The notes under the pieces were generated by a model that was not told where the DNA came from, did not search any database, and was given only the letters and a program-made list of their open reading frames with translations. Below are positions 10,152 to 20,345 of a DNA stretch of 64,000 nt, piece by piece; positions within the stretch are counted from its first letter, which is position 1, and every line of letters starts with the position of its first letter. The position numbers were made by a program, and so were the translations under genes. The DNA is taken from the NCBI RefSeq assembly GCF_055900595.2, contig NZ_CM148325.1; one strand, written 5' to 3'.

Positions 10152-12376
10152 TATCGTTCTGCCGTGAAAAGTGTTTGAATATCATCGCGTAACAGCTGAG
10201 CGTCGGTGTAAATCCAGCCATGAGTCATCACAGTCTGCTGCAATTGCTGCTGCATCAGCCTGACCACCGATTCATTTTGTTGACGCAGAGCCAGACTTTC
10301 GCGTAAACGCGTCTGTAATTCCGTCAAACATGAAGCGAACTCAGCGAAAAAAGTATTCATGCCTGCCGTAACAGATTCATCGACCTGCTCTGCCAGAACT
10401 TTAGCCATTTGTTGGCAATAAAGATCGACTTCTGTGCTTAATGCTCGTTGCAACGCACTGTAATCAACCGTCTCTATCGGGGATTTCTCATTTCCCCGTC
10501 CCCAGTCGGGCTGATTCAACCAGCGCGAAAAAGTCTCACGCACAACGCCTAAACGCGTGCTCTGCTCGTCCATTGCGTCCTGGCGGGAGATGACTTCACT
10601 GAACAACTGGCGAGTGTTGAAGTGGGGAACTGCGCCGTGAAAAACAGGAAAATGAAACCCAGGACGAAACCCTGACTCGCTCAATTCCATTTTGACTTGT
10701 TGCTCAATGGGCCGAATAACATCGGTTAACACCCGGCAAAGAGTGGATTCAAGCTCGGCAAAACGCAGCGTAAAGTCGCGACTGATGGTGTTCTGCGCCG
10801 TCTGTAACAGTGTCTCACAGCAGGTACGAATCTCGCTTAATGACCCCGAATCATCCTGAAACAACGCGGCTAACTGGGCATTCACCGCATCTTGCTGTTG
10901 ACGCAGAAAGAGGTTGGCGGAGGTCAGGGCCAGCTCGATTTCATGTTTAATCTCGCCGCTCACCTGAGCCTGATTGAGTTGAAATAGCTGCAAACTTTCT
11001 TCGATCTGGTGGATATTTTGCCGCAATTGTTCACAAGCGACGTTTAACCCGTGCGCACGAAAATCCAGGTATTCCCGCGCCTGCTGCGCGTAATTCAACA
11101 GTTTATGCGCGGCAGATCGCAGAGCATACAACGAGGCGTTAGCGTAAGCGGCATGAAGCAACGCCTGAATTGGCTGGGCGAACAGCGAATCTTCCCACAA
11201 CTGATCGGCAGCATGACGAATATGTTCGAGGTCCGCCAGGTCGGCATGACGCCAGCGCCTGCCGAGCGCGGCATGGGCAAAATCTTCCACCCAGCGTTGT
11301 TGCTCTGGCGCGGGTAACTTACCGTTGTTGGCTAACTCATTACGCGCCCGATTCGCCAGGTAGCCCCACATCGACGACACTGGAAATATCTGCTGTGGCG
11401 TAATACAGCCTTTCATCAGCGTCCCGGAAATCAGTGCCCGCACCTGGTCGGCGTCGTCACTGTTACGATCCTGTTGATCGAACTTATTGACCAGCACATA
11501 CAGCGGCACCGATTGCCCCACCGCCAAAATCGCCTCACGGACCTCTTCATCGGAGATCGATTTCAGTTGCGTATAATCCAGCACCGCCAGTACCGCCGAG
11601 GCGCGAGCCAGCTGCTGGTTAAGCATTTTTTGCAGATGCGGTTGCCCGGCTTCATTTGGCCCAGGGGTATCCAGTAACGTCAACTGACCGGGATAACTCT
11701 CCAGCCCCGCCAGATGGACAAACTCCACTTCAATCACGGGAATATGCTCAATGGCGGCGTAAGCAGAAAAAGGAAAATCGACGTCCAGCGCCTTCGCCAG
11801 TCGCACCAAATCATTCAAACTTTTCAGACAATGAAAAATAGGCTGGGCACCCAAATAATATTTTTCGAAAGCGACGCCATTTTCGATCCGCTGCATAAGC
11901 GCACGCATATCTTTATCTATTTCCAGCACATCGGTCAGATGCTTAATATCGCAGTCACGCAGGCGCTGGTGTAATTGTTGAATTAAACAGTCGATTGGCG
12001 CGACATGTGAAAAATGCAGTACCGGTTCTTTTTGCCCGGGCGTATGGCGAATAAGCGTCGGCAGCGCAGTCATTGGGCGATTGCGATTAGGCAGAACCTC
12101 CGTACCAACAATAGCATTAATGGTGGTTGATTTCCCTGCTTTCATAGTACCGACAATCGCCAGCACCATTTCCAGTCGGGAAATTTTACGCAACTCATTA
12201 TTCAGCATCGCGTGACGTTCGGCGATATTAGGCTGACTCCAGGGTAAAGCCAGTTGTGGCGCATCGTCTCCGGGTACAGAGAGAGGCATTTTTTCCAGTA
12301 ACTGCAACTGTTGGCGAGAAAGCTGTAGCAGGCGTTCAGCCTCCTGACTTAACTCATACAGGGTCTGTGTGTACAT
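10148..12376 (-). CDS. crfC: Dynamin-like large GTPase CrfC (YjdA)
   Basis: 742 aa; P-loop GTMKAGKSTTINAIVG near the N-terminus followed by long coiled-coil-rich regions. Confidence 0.8.
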   Translation of the reverse strand: MYTQTLYELSQEAERLLQLSRQQLQLLEKMPLSVPGDDAPQLALPWSQPNIAERHAMLNNELRKISRLEMVLAIVGTMKAGKSTTINAIVGTEVLPNRNRPMTALPTLIRHTPGQKEPVLHFSHVAPIDCLIQQLHQRLRDCDIKHLTDVLEIDKDMRALMQRIENGVAFEKYYLGAQPIFHCLKSLNDLVRLAKALDVDFPFSAYAAIEHIPVIEVEFVHLAGLESYPGQLTLLDTPGPNEAGQPHLQKMLNQQLARASAVLAVLDYTQLKSISDEEVREAILAVGQSVPLYVLVNKFDQQDRNSDDADQVRALISGTLMKGCITPQQIFPVSSMWGYLANRARNELANNGKLPAPEQQRWVEDFAHAALGRRWRHADLADLEHIRHAADQLWEDSLFAQPIQALLHAAYANASLYALRSAAHKLLNYAQQAREYLDFRAHGLNVACEQLRQNIHQIEESLQLFQLNQAQVSGEIKHEIELALTSANLFLRQQQDAVNAQLAALFQDDSGSLSEIRTCCETLLQTAQNTISRDFTLRFAELESTLCRVLTDVIRPIEQQVKMELSESGFRPGFHFPVFHGAVPHFNTRQLFSEVISRQDAMDEQSTRLGVVRETFSRWLNQPDWGRGNEKSPIETVDYSALQRALSTEVDLYCQQMAKVLAEQVDESVTAGMNTFFAEFASCLTELQTRLRESLALRQQNESVVRLMQQQLQQTVMTHGWIYTDAQLLRDDIQTLFTAERY

Positions 12377-12777
12377 AGAAAATTTTTCCTTAAAGCAAAT
12401 TTTATTACTTTTATTTAGCCAGATTGTTTTTGAGTTCTGTTTTCGGCTTTTATAATTACTGCAAGAAATAATTTTATATTTAGAGTGTTGTTTTTTATTA
12501 GAATAAATAACGTCTTCCGATACGTTTAAAACGTCAGAAAGATAAAAATATCATTTGAATTAAAAAAAGAACAAGTAGAGCATTAACCTTATCTTAAATA
12601 ATAAATGGAGGCAAAAAGATTATTTTCTTTTTGCGTTTCCTTTCAAATGAAAACGATCGTCGTCTAAAATCAGCAGTACCCCCGACAAACTCAGGGATTT
12701 TGTGTATAATTGCGGCCTTTTTCGGCAATCTGCCGTTTTTTGGCGCTTTTGCCCTGCTGACTTTTGAGGAAATCCAC

Positions 12778-13113
12778 ATGTCATTACCACACTGCCCAAA
12801 ATGCAACTCCGAATACACCTACGAAGATAACGGCATGTACATCTGCCCGGAATGTGCCTACGAATGGAACGACGCAGAACCTGCACAGGAAAGCGACGAG
12901 CTGATCGTTAAAGATGCTAACGGCAATCTTCTGGCTGATGGCGACAGCGTTACCATCATTAAAGATCTGAAGGTGAAAGGTAGCTCTTCGATGCTGAAGA
13001 TCGGTACCAAAGTGAAAAACATTCGCCTGGTTGAAGGCGACCACAACATCGATTGCAAAATCGACGGTTTTGGTCCGATGAAACTGAAATCTGAGTTTGT
13101 GAAAAAGAACTGA
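12778..13113 (+). CDS. yjdM: Zn-ribbon protein YjdM (historically PhnA)
   Basis: 111 aa from [30 protein letters not shown] (CxxC...CxxC zinc ribbon); the six-frame ORF starts further upstream at 12631. Confidence 0.85.
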
Positions 13114-13144
13114 TTGTATTGCTCAATGTAATATTGGCACATGA

Positions 13145-13290
13145 TCGGTAGGCCGGATAAGGCGCTCGCGCCGCATCCGGCTACGGTGCCGACTGCCTGA
13201 TGCGACGCTCGCGCGTCTTATCAGGCCTACAAATTCTCGCACCATCCGGCAACGGTGCCTAATGCGACGCTTACCGAGTCTTATCAGCCC
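13145..13290. repeat. Cluster of REP (repetitive extragenic palindromic / BIME) units
   Basis: Repeated ggccggataaggcg...cgccgcatccggc and gcctgatgcgacgc...gtcttatcaggcctac motifs in alternating orientation. Confidence 0.8.
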
Positions 13291-13352
13291 CCGCTTATCT
13301 GTATAATTTTCGAACTACACTTAACTGGCTTCTCTTAACTGAGGTCACCATC

Positions 13353-13796
13353 ATGCCGTTAAGTCCCTACCTCTCTTTTGCTGGTAACTGTTCCGATGCG
13401 ATTGCCTATTATCAACGCACGTTGGGCGCGGAACTGCTTTATAAAATCAGCTTCGGCGAAATGCCGAAATCAGCGCAGGACAGCGCCGAGAACTGCCCTT
13501 CCGGTATGCAATTTCCCGATACCGCTATCGCCCATGCTAACGTGCGTATTGCCGGAAGCGATATCATGATGAGCGATGCCATACCGTCAGGAAAAGCCAG
13601 CTACTCCGGTTTTACACTGGTACTCGATTCGCAACAGGTCGAAGAAGGAAAACGCTGGTTTGATAACCTTGCTGCTAACGGAAAAATCGAAATGGCCTGG
13701 CAGGAAACTTTCTGGGCGCATGGCTTCGGCAAAGTCACCGATAAATTTGGCGTACCGTGGATGATTAATGTCGTCAAACAACAACCAACGCACTAA
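13353..13796 (+). CDS. yjdN: YjdN (historically PhnB), glyoxalase/bleomycin-resistance-fold protein
   Basis: 147 aa ORF; position between yjdM and phnC. Confidence 0.8.
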   Translation: MPLSPYLSFAGNCSDAIAYYQRTLGAELLYKISFGEMPKSAQDSAENCPSGMQFPDTAIAHANVRIAGSDIMMSDAIPSGKASYSGFTLVLDSQQVEEGKRWFDNLAANGKIEMAWQETFWAHGFGKVTDKFGVPWMINVVKQQPTH

Positions 13797-13851
13797 CCCG
13801 CCGGGAGGCCCGCCCTCCCGCACTGTCATCGAATTCCCGTTAACTCTTCAT

Positions 13852-13884
13852 CTGTTAGTCACTTTTAGTTAACAAAATCGTCAC
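13852..13884 (+). promoter_or_regulatory. Pho box (PhoB binding site) of the phnC promoter
   Basis: ctgttagtcacttttagttaacaaaatcgtcac resembles tandem PhoB half-sites (CTGTCAT-like) placed ~45-75 bp upstream of the phnC ATG. Confidence 0.55.
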
Positions 13885-13928
13885 GATAATCCGCCACGAT
13901 GGAGCCACTTTTTTAGGGAGGCTGCATC

Positions 13929-14717
13929 ATGCAAACGATTATCCGTGTCGAGAAGCTCGCCAAAACCTTCAATCAGCATCAGGCGCTGCATGCGGTTGAT
14001 CTGAACATTCATCACGGTGAAATGGTGGCTCTGCTTGGGCCGTCCGGTTCCGGCAAATCCACCCTTTTACGTCATTTAAGCGGTTTGATTACCGGCGATA
14101 AATCTGCCGGTAGCCATATCGAGCTGCTGGGCCGCACAGTCCAGCGCGAAGGCCGCCTGGCCCGCGATATCCGCAAAAGCCGCGCCAACACCGGCTACAT
14201 CTTCCAACAATTCAACCTGGTGAATCGCCTGAGCGTACTGGAGAACGTGCTGATTGGCGCGCTCGGCAGCACGCCATTCTGGCGCACCTGTTTTAGCTAC
14301 TTCACCCGCGAGCAGAAACAGCGCGCGTTACAGGCGCTGACCCGCGTTGGCATGGTGCACTTTGCCCATCAGCGCGTTTCCACCCTCTCCGGCGGACAGC
14401 AGCAGCGTGTGGCGATTGCCCGTGCGCTGATGCAGCAGGCGAAGGTGATTCTGGCCGATGAACCGATCGCCTCGCTGGACCCGGAATCGGCCCGCATCGT
14501 GATGGATACCCTGCGCGACATCAACCAGAACGACGGCATCACCGTGGTGGTGACGCTGCATCAGGTGGATTACGCCCTGCGCTACTGCGAACGCATCGTC
14601 GCCCTGCGCCAGGGGCACGTCTTCTACGACGGCAGCAGCCAACAGTTTGATAACGAACGTTTTGACCATCTCTACCGCAGCATTAACCGCGTCGAAGAGA
14701 ACGCGAAAGCTGCCTGA
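13929..14717 (+). CDS. phnC: Phosphonate ABC transporter ATP-binding protein
   Basis: 262 aa; Walker [15 protein letters not shown] signature LSGGQQQRV, Walker B ILADEP. Confidence 0.9.
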   Translation: MQTIIRVEKLAKTFNQHQALHAVDLNIHHGEMVALLGPSGSGKSTLLRHLSGLITGDKSAGSHIELLGRTVQREGRLARDIRKSRANTGYIFQQFNLVNRLSVLENVLIGALGSTPFWRTCFSYFTREQKQRALQALTRVGMVHFAHQRVSTLSGGQQQRVAIARALMQQAKVILADEPIASLDPESARIVMDTLRDINQNDGITVVVTLHQVDYALRYCERIVALRQGHVFYDGSSQQFDNERFDHLYRSINRVEENAKAA

Positions 14718-14741
14718 CATCCCCATCATTGAGGAAAACGA

Positions 14742-15758
14742 ATGAACGCTAAGATAATTGCCTCGCTGGCCTTCACCAGCATGTTCAGCCTCAGCACCCT
14801 GTTAAGCCCGGCGCACGCCGAAGAGCAGGAAAAGGCGCTGAATTTCGGCATTATTTCAACGGAATCACAGCAAAACCTGAAACCGCAATGGACGCCGTTC
14901 TTACAGGATATGGAGAAGAAGCTGGGCGTAAAGGTCAACGCCTTCTTTGCCCCGGACTACGCGGGCATTATCCAGGGGATGCGCTTCAACAAAGTGGACA
15001 TCGCCTGGTACGGCAATCTGTCGGCGATGGAAGCGGTGGATCGCGCCAACGGTCAGGTCTTCGCCCAGACGGTCGCGGCGGATGGATCGCCGGGTTACTG
15101 GAGCGTGTTGATCGTCAACAAAGACAGTCCGATCAACAACCTGAACGATCTGCTGGCAAAGCGTAAAGATCTCACCTTCGGCAATGGCGATCCTAACTCC
15201 ACCTCTGGCTTCCTCGTCCCCGGCTACTACGTCTTCGCCAAAAACAATATCTCCGCCAGCGACTTCAAGCGCACCGTCAACGCCGGGCATGAAACCAACG
15301 CGCTGGCCGTCGCCAACAAGCAGGTGGATGTGGCGACCAACAACACCGAGAACCTCGACAAGCTGAAAACCTCCGCACCGGAGAAGCTCAAAGAACTGAA
15401 GGTGATCTGGAAATCGCCGCTGATCCCAGGCGATCCGATCGTCTGGCGCAAAAATCTTTCCGAAACCACCAAAGACAAGATCTACGACTTCTTTATGAAC
15501 TACGGCAAAACGCCGGAAGAGAAAGCGGTGCTGGAGCGCCTGGGCTGGGCCCCGTTCCGCGCCTCCAGCGACCTGCAACTGGTGCCGATTCGCCAGCTCG
15601 CGCTGTTTAAAGAGATGCAGGGCGTGAAAGGCAATAAAGGGCTGAATGAGCAGGACAAGCTGGCAAAAACCAGCGCCATTCAGGCGCAACTGGATGACCT
15701 GGACCGCCTGAACAACGCGTTAAGCGCGATGAGTTCGGTGAGTAAAGCGGTGCAGTAA
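14742..15758 (+). CDS. phnD: Phosphonate ABC transporter periplasmic binding protein
   Basis: 338 aa with an N-terminal signal peptide; follows phnC. Confidence 0.9.
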   Translation: MNAKIIASLAFTSMFSLSTLLSPAHAEEQEKALNFGIISTESQQNLKPQWTPFLQDMEKKLGVKVNAFFAPDYAGIIQGMRFNKVDIAWYGNLSAMEAVDRANGQVFAQTVAADGSPGYWSVLIVNKDSPINNLNDLLAKRKDLTFGNGDPNSTSGFLVPGYYVFAKNNISASDFKRTVNAGHETNALAVANKQVDVATNNTENLDKLKTSAPEKLKELKVIWKSPLIPGDPIVWRKNLSETTKDKIYDFFMNYGKTPEEKAVLERLGWAPFRASSDLQLVPIRQLALFKEMQGVKGNKGLNEQDKLAKTSAIQAQLDDLDRLNNALSAMSSVSKAVQ

Positions 15759-15768
15759 TGTGCTCGAT

Positions 15769-15861
15769 CGGTCCCCTCTCCCTTGAGGGAGAGGGTTAGG
15801 GTGAGGAAGAAATGCGCACGCTGGTGCCCTCACCCCGGCCCTCTCCCACAGGGAGAGGGAG
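15769..15861. repeat. Pair of GC-rich palindromic units (ccctctccc-loop-gggagaggg plus ttagggtgagg / cctcaccccgg) in inverted orientation
   Basis: Perfect 9-bp stem-loops seen directly; the same unit recurs at 21122-21231. Confidence 0.6.
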
Positions 15862-15883
15862 AAAACATTAAACGGAGCCAAAC

Positions 15884-16663
15884 ATGCAAACCATCACCAT
15901 TGCCCCACCCAAGCGCAGCTGGTTCTCGATCTTCAGCTGGGCCATTGTTCTCGCCGTACTGGTCGTCTCGTGGCAGGGCGCGGAAATGGCCCCGCTCACG
16001 CTGATTAAAGACGGCGGCAACATGGCGACGTTCGCCGCCGACTTCTTCCCGCCCGATTTCAGCCAGTGGCAGGATTACCTCACCGAAATGGCCGTCACGC
16101 TGCAAATCGCCGTCTGGGGCACCGCGCTGGCAGTCGTTCTCTCCATCCCCTTCGGCCTGATGAGCGCCGAAAACCTGGTGCCGTGGTGGGTTTACCAGCC
16201 CGTTCGCCGCCTGATGGACGCCTGCCGCGCCATTAACGAGATGGTCTTCGCCATGCTGTTCGTGGTCGCCGTCGGTCTCGGTCCGTTCGCTGGCGTACTG
16301 GCGCTGTTTATCCACACCACCGGCGTGCTCTCCAAACTGCTTTCCGAAGCGGTAGAAGCAATTGAACCCGGCCCGGTGGAAGGCATTCGCGCCACCGGTG
16401 CCAACAAGCTCGAAGAGATCCTCTATGGCGTGCTGCCGCAGGTGATGCCGCTGCTAATCTCCTACTCCCTCTATCGCTTCGAATCCAACGTCCGCTCGGC
16501 CACCGTTGTTGGCATGGTCGGCGCTGGCGGGATCGGCGTCACGCTGTGGGAAGCGATTCGCGGTTTCCAGTTCCAGCAAACCTGTGCCCTGATGGTGCTG
16601 ATTATCGTCACGGTCAGCCTGCTGGATTTCCTCTCTCAACGGTTGCGTAAGCACTTTATCTGA
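15884..16663 (+). CDS. phnE: Phosphonate ABC transporter permease, apparently intact
   Basis: 259 aa uninterrupted ORF with multiple TM segments. Confidence 0.85.
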   Translation: MQTITIAPPKRSWFSIFSWAIVLAVLVVSWQGAEMAPLTLIKDGGNMATFAADFFPPDFSQWQDYLTEMAVTLQIAVWGTALAVVLSIPFGLMSAENLVPWWVYQPVRRLMDACRAINEMVFAMLFVVAVGLGPFAGVLALFIHTTGVLSKLLSEAVEAIEPGPVEGIRATGANKLEEILYGVLPQVMPLLISYSLYRFESNVRSATVVGMVGAGGIGVTLWEAIRGFQFQQTCALMVLIIVTVSLLDFLSQRLRKHFI

Positions 16664-16683
16664 TAAGCGAGGCATTAATATCT

Positions 16684-17409
16684 ATGCACTTGTCTACACA
16701 TCCGACCAGCTACCCAACACGCTATCAGGAGATAGCCGCAAAACTTGAGCAGGAGCTTCGTCAACACTACCGCTGCGGCGACTATCTTCCCGCCGAGCAG
16801 CAACTGGCAGCGCGCTTTGAGGTGAATCGCCACACCCTGCGCCGTGCCATCGACCAACTGGTGGAAAAAGGCTGGGTACAGCGCCGTCAGGGCGTCGGCG
16901 TGCTGGTGCTGATGCGCCCGTTCGATTACCCGCTCAACGCCCAGGCGCGTTTTAGCCAGAACCTGCTGGATCAGGGTAGCCATCCCACCAGCGAAAAACT
17001 GCTGTCCGTGCTGCGCCCGGCCTCCGGTCACGTCGCTGACGCGCTGGGGATAACCGAGGGCGAGAACGTTATCCACCTGCGCACCCTGCGCCGGGTCAAC
17101 GGCGTCGCACTCTGTTTAATCGACCACTACTTTGCGGACCTCACTCTCTGGCCGACGCTGCAACGCTTCGACAGCGGCTCGCTGCACGATTTTTTGCACG
17201 AGCAAACGGGGATTGCGCTGCGCCGCAGCCAGACGCGGATCAGCGCCCGCCGCGCCCAGGCCAAAGAGTGCCAGCGTCTTGAAATCCCGAATATGTCGCC
17301 GCTGCTGTGCGTGCGCACCCTTAACCACCGTGACGGTGAAAGCAGCCCGGCGGAGTACTCCGTCAGCCTGACGCGCGCCGACATGATTGAATTCACTATG
17401 GAGCACTGA
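16684..17409 (+). CDS. phnF: GntR-family transcriptional regulator of the phn operon
   Basis: 241 aa; N-terminal GntR HTH followed by a UTRA-like domain. Confidence 0.85.
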   Translation: MHLSTHPTSYPTRYQEIAAKLEQELRQHYRCGDYLPAEQQLAARFEVNRHTLRRAIDQLVEKGWVQRRQGVGVLVLMRPFDYPLNAQARFSQNLLDQGSHPTSEKLLSVLRPASGHVADALGITEGENVIHLRTLRRVNGVALCLIDHYFADLTLWPTLQRFDSGSLHDFLHEQTGIALRRSQTRISARRAQAKECQRLEIPNMSPLLCVRTLNHRDGESSPAEYSVSLTRADMIEFTMEH

Positions 17410-17862
17410 ATGCACGCAGATACCGCGACCCGCCAGCACTGGATGTCCGTGCTGGCGCACAGCCAACCGGCTGAACTGGCTAACCGCCTTAAAGCGCTAA
17501 ACATCACCGCCGACTATGACATTATCCGCGCCGCCGAAACCGGCCTGGTACAGATTCAGGCGCGGATGGGTGGCACCGGCGAACGCTTTTTTGCCGGCGA
17601 CGCCACGCTCACCCGCGCCGCCATACGCCTGACTGACGGCACGCTCGGCTACAGCTGGGTGCTGGGGCGCGACAAACAGCACGCCGAACGCTGCGCGCTG
17701 ATTGACGCGCTGATGCAGCAATCTCGCCACTTTCAAAACTTATCAGAAACCCTTATTGCCCCGCTGGACGCTGACCGTATGGCACGCATTGCCGCACGCC
17801 AGGCCGAAGTGAACGCCAGTCGGGTCGACTTCTTTACGATGGTTCGCGGAGACAACGCATGA
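17410..17862 (+). CDS. phnG: C-P lyase core complex subunit PhnG
   Basis: 150 aa; start abuts the phnF stop; operon position. Confidence 0.85.
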   Translation: MHADTATRQHWMSVLAHSQPAELANRLKALNITADYDIIRAAETGLVQIQARMGGTGERFFAGDATLTRAAIRLTDGTLGYSWVLGRDKQHAERCALIDALMQQSRHFQNLSETLIAPLDADRMARIAARQAEVNASRVDFFTMVRGDNA

Positions 17863-18443
17863 CCCTGGAAACCGCTTTTATGCTTCCCGTGCAGGATGCC
17901 CAGCACAGTTTTCGTCGCCTGTTAAAGGCCATGAGCGAGCCGGGCGTGATTGTCGCCCTACATCAACTCAAACGCGGCTGGCAGCCGCTGAATATTGCCT
18001 CTACCAGCGTATTGCTGACGCTGGCTGATAACGACACGCCGGTGTGGCTTTCCGCGCCATTAAGTAACGATATCGTCAGCCAGAGCCTGCGTTTTCATAC
18101 CAACGCCCCGCTGGTCAATCAGCCGGAACAGGCGACCTTCGCAGTGACGGATGAGGCGATTGCCAGCGAGCAGCTCAACGCCCTTTCCACCGGCACCGCC
18201 GTTGCGCCGGAAGCCGGTGCGACGTTGATTTTACAGGTCACCAGCCTGAGCGGCGGACGCATGCTGCGCCTCACCGGCGCGGGTATTGCCGAAGAACGGA
18301 TGATCGCCCCGCAACTGCCGGAGTGCATTCTGCACGAACTCACCGAGCGCCCGCACCCGTTCCCGCTCGGCATCGACCTGATCCTGACCTGCGGCGAGCG
18401 CCTGCTGGCTATTCCGCGAACCACTCATGTGGAGGTGTGCTGA
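17859..18443 (+). CDS. phnH: C-P lyase core complex subunit PhnH
   Basis: 194 aa; 4-nt overlap with phnG. Confidence 0.85.
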   Translation: MTLETAFMLPVQDAQHSFRRLLKAMSEPGVIVALHQLKRGWQPLNIASTSVLLTLADNDTPVWLSAPLSNDIVSQSLRFHTNAPLVNQPEQATFAVTDEAIASEQLNALSTGTAVAPEAGATLILQVTSLSGGRMLRLTGAGIAEERMIAPQLPECILHELTERPHPFPLGIDLILTCGERLLAIPRTTHVEVC

Positions 18444-19507
18444 TGTACGTTGCCGTGAAAGGGGGCGAGAAGGCGATCGACGCCGCCCACGCCCTGCAAG
18501 AGAGCCGACGCCGGGGCGATACCGATTTGCCTGAACTGAGCGTCGCCCAGATTGAACAGCAGCTTAATCTCGCGGTGGATCGCGTGATGACCGAAGGCGG
18601 CATTGCCGACCGCGAACTGGCCGCACTGGCGCTGAAACAGGCCAGTGGCGATAACGTTGAAGCAATTTTCCTGCTGCGCGCCTACCGCACGACGCTGGCA
18701 AAACTGGCGGTGAGCGAACCGCTCGACACCACCGAGATGCGTCTCGAACGCCGTATCTCCGCCGTTTATAAAGACATTCCTGGCGGCCAGTTGCTTGGCC
18801 CGACCTACGACTACACCCATCGCCTGCTCGATTTCACCCTGCTGGCGAATGGCGAAGCGCCGACGCTGACCACCGCCGACAGCGAGCAAGCCCCATCACC
18901 GCACGTTTTCAGCCTGCTGGCGCGTCAGGGGCTGGCGAAGTTTGAAGAGGATAGCGGCACACAGCCGGATGACATCACCCGCACGCCGCCGGTTTACCCC
19001 TGCTCACGCTCCTCCCGCCTGCAGCAGCTCATGCGCGGAGACGAAGGCTATTTGCTGGCGCTGGCCTACTCCACCCAGCGTGGTTACGGACGCAATCACC
19101 CGTTCGCAGGCGAAATCCGCAGTGGCTATATCGACGTGTCTATTGTGCCGGAAGAGCTGGGATTTGCGGTGAACATCGGCGAACTGCTGATGACCGAGTG
19201 TGAAATGGTCAACGGTTTTATCGACCCGCCGGATGAGCCGCCGCACTTCACGCGCGGCTACGGGCTGGTGTTCGGCATGAGCGAGCGCAAAGCGATGGCA
19301 ATGGCGCTGGTTGACCGTGCGTTGCAGGCTCCGGAGTACGGCGAGCACGCGACAGGCCCGGCGCAGGATGAAGAGTTCGTGCTGGCGCATGCCGACAACG
19401 TCGAAGCCGCAGGCTTTGTCTCGCACCTCAAACTCCCGCACTACGTCGATTTCCAGGCCGAGCTGGAGCTACTCAAACGTCTGCAACAGGAGCAGAACCA
19501 TGGCTAA
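18443..19507 (+). CDS. phnI: C-P lyase core complex subunit PhnI
   Basis: 354 aa from [17 protein letters not shown]; ATG overlaps the phnH stop (the six-frame ORF start at 18323 is an upstream extension). Confidence 0.85.
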   Translation: MYVAVKGGEKAIDAAHALQESRRRGDTDLPELSVAQIEQQLNLAVDRVMTEGGIADRELAALALKQASGDNVEAIFLLRAYRTTLAKLAVSEPLDTTEMRLERRISAVYKDIPGGQLLGPTYDYTHRLLDFTLLANGEAPTLTTADSEQAPSPHVFSLLARQGLAKFEEDSGTQPDDITRTPPVYPCSRSSRLQQLMRGDEGYLLALAYSTQRGYGRNHPFAGEIRSGYIDVSIVPEELGFAVNIGELLMTECEMVNGFIDPPDEPPHFTRGYGLVFGMSERKAMAMALVDRALQAPEYGEHATGPAQDEEFVLAHADNVEAAGFVSHLKLPHYVDFQAELELLKRLQQEQNHG

Positions 19508-20345
19508 TCTGAGCGGCTACAACTTTGCCTACCTCGACGAGCAGACCAAACGCATGATCCGCCGCGCCATCTTAAAAGCGGTGGCGATCCCCGGCTATCA
19601 GGTGCCGTTTGGCGGGCGCGAGATGCCGATGCCATACGGCTGGGGAACCGGCGGCATACAGCTTACCGCCAGCGTGATTGGCGAAAGCGACGTGTTGAAG
19701 GTGATTGACCAGGGCGCGGATGACACCACCAACGCCGTATCAATTCGCAACTTTTTCAAGCGCGTGACCGGGGTAAACACCACTGAACGTACGGACGATG
19801 CGACGCTTATCCAGACGCGCCACCGCATCCCCGAAACGCCGCTGACCGAAGATCAGATCATTATCTTCCAGGTGCCGATCCCGGAACCGCTGCGCTTTAT
19901 CGAGCCGCGCGAAACGGAGACCCGCACCATGCACGCGCTGGAGGAGTACGGCGTGATGCAGGTGAAACTATATGAAGATATCGCCCGCTTCGGTCATATC
20001 GCCACCACTTATGCCTATCCGGTGAAGGTGAACGGGCGCTACGTCATGGACCCATCGCCGATCCCGAAATTCGATAACCCGAAAATGGACATGATGCCCG
20101 CCCTGCAACTGTTTGGCGCGGGGCGCGAGAAGCGTATTTATGCGGTGCCGCCGTTTACCCGCGTGGAAAGCCTCGATTTTGACGATCACCCGTTCACCGT
20201 TCAGCAGTGGGATGAACCCTGCGCGATTTGCGGATCAACCCACAGCTATCTCGATGAAGTGGTGCTGGATGACGCCGGAAACCGCATGTTTGTCTGCTCC
20301 GATACCGATTATTGCCGCCAACAGAGCGAGGCGAAAAGCCAATGA
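19500..20345 (+). CDS. phnJ: C-P lyase catalytic subunit PhnJ
   Basis: 281 aa from MANLSGYNFAYLDEQTKRMIRR; C-terminal Cys cluster (CAICGSTHSYLDE...CSDTDYC); overlaps phnI. Confidence 0.85.
   Translation: MANLSGYNFAYLDEQTKRMIRRAILKAVAIPGYQVPFGGREMPMPYGWGTGGIQLTASVIGESDVLKVIDQGADDTTNAVSIRNFFKRVTGVNTTERTDDATLIQTRHRIPETPLTEDQIIIFQVPIPEPLRFIEPRETETRTMHALEEYGVMQVKLYEDIARFGHIATTYAYPVKVNGRYVMDPSPIPKFDNPKMDMMPALQLFGAGREKRIYAVPPFTRVESLDFDDHPFTVQQWDEPCAICGSTHSYLDEVVLDDAGNRMFVCSDTDYCRQQSEAKSQ

Noticed and set aside
14901-15689. 262-aa minus-strand ORF antisense to phnD
   Set aside because: Antisense shadow ORF within a confidently assigned gene.
18323-18442. Upstream 40-codon extension of phnI in the six-frame track
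   Set aside because: It overlaps the phnH 3' end in another frame; the ATG at 18443, overlapping the phnH stop, gives the expected N-terminus MYVAVKGG.
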